Shown piece by piece: positions 60,787 through 64,000 of a DNA stretch of 64,000 bases. This stretch comes from Terriglobia bacterium (GTDB taxonomy: Bacteria > Acidobacteriota > Terriglobia > 20CM-2-55-15). The notes below the pieces were generated by a model. The model did no database searches, was not told the DNA's origin, and saw only the letters and a program-made list of their open reading frames with translations. The position numbers and the translations under genes are program-made. Location of the stretch: NCBI GenBank assembly GCA_965263045.1, contig CBDHGK010000005.1, positions 13,377-77,376 of the forward strand. The letters are read 5' to 3'. Within the stretch, counting starts at the first letter, position 1. Each line of letters opens with the position of its first letter.

Positions 60787-63360
60787 ATGGCGATAAGCGA
60801 CCGCGTTCGGATCTCATTGTGGCGCTGGGGCTCAATTCTTGCCATGGCGGTCATCGGGGCCATTGTTTTCGAAGTCTCGTTGCCCGTTGGTTGGTACTAC
60901 GTGAGCTCCCTGCCCGACCCCCTGGACTGGTACTCCGGCTGGTTCGTGTGTGTCACCATCTTGGCAACACTGCTTTTCTTGGCGTTTCTAGTTGCTGAGC
61001 CGATTCGGTTCCGTCCGCAACAGATTCCTGGCCTACTCCACTACCCTCCGTTCTGGTTCTCGGTTGTGCTTGGCCTCGTGTTCGCTCTGGTGTTCGATAC
61101 CCTACTGCCACCGTTGCAAGCAGCGGTCGTCCCATCGTGGAGGCAGCTTGATGTCCTTATTCCCCTCGCGATTGTTGCTGTCATTGCAGTCGGGATTCGA
61201 GCACTACCGGGGAGTCGGCCTGCCCGACCTGAGGCGGATCCTGATCTCCCCACTACGCTTACGTGGCATGTAATTCAAGAGTGGTCTCGTCGAGAGGGCC
61301 CCCTAACAACGGGTCCGGACCTGCTTGCTCATGAACCAATCGTCGAGCGGATTCGTGATGGGATCACGCTCCATGAAGAAAGAGCAATCGCCTTGGTCGG
61401 CCCTGTCGGTAGTGGGAAGACGAGCATCCTTAACATGCTGAGGCAGACGCTCCTCCGAAGTAAAGGAGACCGACCGCTGGTTATCGCCGAGGTCAATTGT
61501 TGGGCGATGCCCCGCTCCCAGGATGCCCCGCGCGTGGCGCTGGAACGCGCTATCAGCGCTCTAGACGACTTTGTCGACACGCTGGCGCTCAGAAGACTCC
61601 CGGATGCCTACCAGCAAATCTTGTCCGCCGAACCAACGGGCACCATCGCCAAACTGTTCAGTATCGGCCGCATGAGAGACGCGGCAGAGCAACTCAGCGA
61701 CCTGACACCACTGCTGGAGGTTATAGATGCCAGACTCCTCCTTATTATCGAAGACGCTGAGAGGGCGGGGCAGGCCTTCGAAACAAGGCATCTGGAACGC
61801 CTCCTGTGGGCACTCCGCGACGTCGACCGCGTGTCCTTCATTCTGTCGTTCGACCCGGAGCGTGCAAGCTTTGACTACAGTAAGTTGTGCGACAACATCG
61901 AACGGGTGCCACGAATCACCGCCGCTCGGGTAGAAGACATCCTCGCGCGAGCCTATGCACATTGGCAAACAGTAACCGAAGGCTACATCGATCCTCTTCC
62001 GGAACAGCGAACAGATCGACTCGGGCTCTCGAATGTCACCGACCCTCTTAACCGCTACATGCGACGCAAGGACGGCAACAGCGTTGCCCAAGCCATAGCC
62101 GATCTGTTGACTTCGCCGCGCAACCTCAAGCATTTTGTGCGCAACGTTGACCGAGCATGGGAAGTATTGCGAGGAGAAGTAGAACTCGATGACCTGATCG
62201 TCCTCACCGCGTTGCGTCACGGAGCCCCCGAAGCATTCGACTTTATAGTCGTCAATGCCGAGTCGGCCAGATCCGAGACCCCTAGGGACGACCCCATCGA
62301 TGGCACAGCGGTAAAGACAGTGAGGGCTCGCTGGGACATCCTACGTGACTCATTGACGACACCACCCACGGTACAAATGCTTGTCGACGCGCTCGAGCTA
62401 CCGCAGTTGGCGGGTGAAACTCTATTCGCCCAATCCTTGCCACAGGGCATTCATAACGATGGGCCCGTTGACTACCTAGGTCGGATACTGGCTGGACGAA
62501 TCCCTCCCGGAGAGATTCGGGATCAGGAAGTCCTCAAGGACATCGAGAGTTGGAAGAGTTCCGGCTCCGCACAAATGCTGAAGAAACTCGTAGCGTCTAC
62601 CCAAGAGGCGGACCAGTATGTTGACATCTGGGAGCACTACGACCGCCATCTTTCTGATGATCAATTAATCGAGATAGCTACCGGACTGATTGCCGACGCG
62701 CTGAACCGCTTCAAAGCCAATGCATCAATAAATCACCCTGCGATGCACGCCGTATGGCGGAGATGCAACCGTCGCCTTCGGCGCGATACGAAGACGGATT
62801 GGCTCATCGATCAGATTCGAATCGTGCTGCCTATCAGTCTCGGCTTCGCCACCGACCTGTTTTACTTCTGGGCGTCGACTGAGACCGGCAGCGTCTCTGT
62901 GGGGGAACGAAACCGGGTTCGAATTGCATTAGTCGAAGAGACTCGTACATCATTTGTCACTGTTGACGCGCTTCTTTCATCCCTCGGCCCAGAACATGAG
63001 TGTCCCCTGACACGACTGCTCTATCCGCCTCCGCTGCACGAACCGCCGGACCCCATACCGCGGGACAGCTGGGAATGGCTCGTTCCGCTCATCATCGAAG
63101 CTGGCAAGGCAGATGAAGACCAAATTGTTCCTGACGTGGCCATCCTCGTCGGGGACACGGCTGCTGGCGTTAGGACGGGTCAATTCGACCGACGCTATGA
63201 ACTGGAGCGCGATCGAATGTCCGAGTTCTTCGGGGATCAAACCCGTGTGATGCTGGGTATCCTTGCGGAGTACAGCGGCAGTCATGAGCATGCAGTGGCT
63301 GCCAGAGAGGATGCGAAAAAGTGGATTGCCGAAGGGCTCGGAGAGTCAGGCGACCAATAA
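60787..63360 (+). CDS. KAP-family P-loop NTPase with N-terminal transmembrane segments
   Basis: About four TM helices, Walker A GPVGSGKTS, Walker B LIIEDAER, SPRNLKHF sensor motif. Confidence 0.85.
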   Translation: MAISDRVRISLWRWGSILAMAVIGAIVFEVSLPVGWYYVSSLPDPLDWYSGWFVCVTILATLLFLAFLVAEPIRFRPQQIPGLLHYPPFWFSVVLGLVFALVFDTLLPPLQAAVVPSWRQLDVLIPLAIVAVIAVGIRALPGSRPARPEADPDLPTTLTWHVIQEWSRREGPLTTGPDLLAHEPIVERIRDGITLHEERAIALVGPVGSGKTSILNMLRQTLLRSKGDRPLVIAEVNCWAMPRSQDAPRVALERAISALDDFVDTLALRRLPDAYQQILSAEPTGTIAKLFSIGRMRDAAEQLSDLTPLLEVIDARLLLIIEDAERAGQAFETRHLERLLWALRDVDRVSFILSFDPERASFDYSKLCDNIERVPRITAARVEDILARAYAHWQTVTEGYIDPLPEQRTDRLGLSNVTDPLNRYMRRKDGNSVAQAIADLLTSPRNLKHFVRNVDRAWEVLRGEVELDDLIVLTALRHGAPEAFDFIVVNAESARSETPRDDPIDGTAVKTVRARWDILRDSLTTPPTVQMLVDALELPQLAGETLFAQSLPQGIHNDGPVDYLGRILAGRIPPGEIRDQEVLKDIESWKSSGSAQMLKKLVASTQEADQYVDIWEHYDRHLSDDQLIEIATGLIADALNRFKANASINHPAMHAVWRRCNRRLRRDTKTDWLIDQIRIVLPISLGFATDLFYFWASTETGSVSVGERNRVRIALVEETRTSFVTVDALLSSLGPEHECPLTRLLYPPPLHEPPDPIPRDSWEWLVPLIIEAGKADEDQIVPDVAILVGDTAAGVRTGQFDRRYELERDRMSEFFGDQTRVMLGILAEYSGSHEHAVAAREDAKKWIAEGLGESGDQ

Positions 63361-64000
63361 GGTAAGGCGCGGACGGGCTTGATGGTAGTCCGAGCCCGTC
63401 GGACGATTGACCTTTTCAGTTTGCGGCGTGGTCGATACCAAGCGGATCCTGATCGGATAACGGACGCTACGAGGGGCCTATTCGTGACATCGAACTCAGA
63501 GATACTTTGCGATACTGGTTTCCAGCACATGATCAAATTGATTCGACTGGGCGGCTTCTGTCCGATGGGGAGATTTTAATGTGGCTGTATGAATGTCGCT
63601 TCCCGACCATCCTTAGAAGTTCCTTGCGCTTTTGGGCACACGCCGAGGGCAATTTCCCAGCCGATGTCTCAGGAGGCTCCTATTCTGTTAAGCAAAGCCC
63701 TAAGGGCAATTAGCCCTACAGGCACCAAGCGATCGATTTGGCTGCGCCGGGGGGATCCCTCCATTCCTAACCGAAGCGGTGAACGGCACGACCTGACATT
63801 GTCCGTCATCGGCAATGCCGCGGCCCGTGAAACCTTTATCACTGCAACACCTCACATGGCAGCGATATGGACCGACCTGTTCGTGAGCATGCTCGCGCCA
63901 GGCCCCGAATTACGATGGAGCGGTGATGGTCCTGGTATTGGGCGGGATGCACGGATTGCGTATTCGAGCTTGCTCGGGCGTTATATGGCTCGCGCATATT

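Noticed and set aside
63361-64000. Short ORFs after the KAP gene
   Set aside because: No motif, RBS or consistent frame recognised.

Overview
A high-GC, heavily rearranged accessory region. It contains no housekeeping genes, rRNA, tRNA or true CRISPR array. The protein families suggest an Acidobacteriota host, possibly an animal or sponge symbiont given the Sel1, ankyrin and NHL repeat load; this is inference. Layout: (1) 0-4 kb, debris of DUF3800, HExxH peptidase, resolvase and LuxR genes. (2) 4-11.7 kb, two large secreted proteases sharing a duplicated 1.38 kb module. (3) 12-26 kb, IS-riddled cargo: PP2C phosphatase inside an IS6, DUF2971, two Sel1 paralogues, an HNH nuclease, an ankyrin remnant and IS256. 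(4) 26.6-42 kb and 53-55 kb, a decayed plasmid or conjugative element: virB6, virB8, a wHTH protein with a nested repeat array, an IS1634-split coupling protein, virB11, repA with iterons, MobC-like, ssDNA-binding-like paralogues and parA plus partner. It also holds an intact IS1595 carrying a HEPN-like passenger. (5) 43.6-53 kb, a split IS6 enclosing defence-type cargo. The best novelty candidate lies here: a translationally coupled operon of DNA methyltransferase, Ser/Thr kinase-P-loop ATPase fusion and tandem CARF-like Rossmann protein. (6) 56-63.4 kb, Mre11/Rad50-like pair plus a membrane KAP NTPase. All family calls come from motif recognition by eye; no database search was run.
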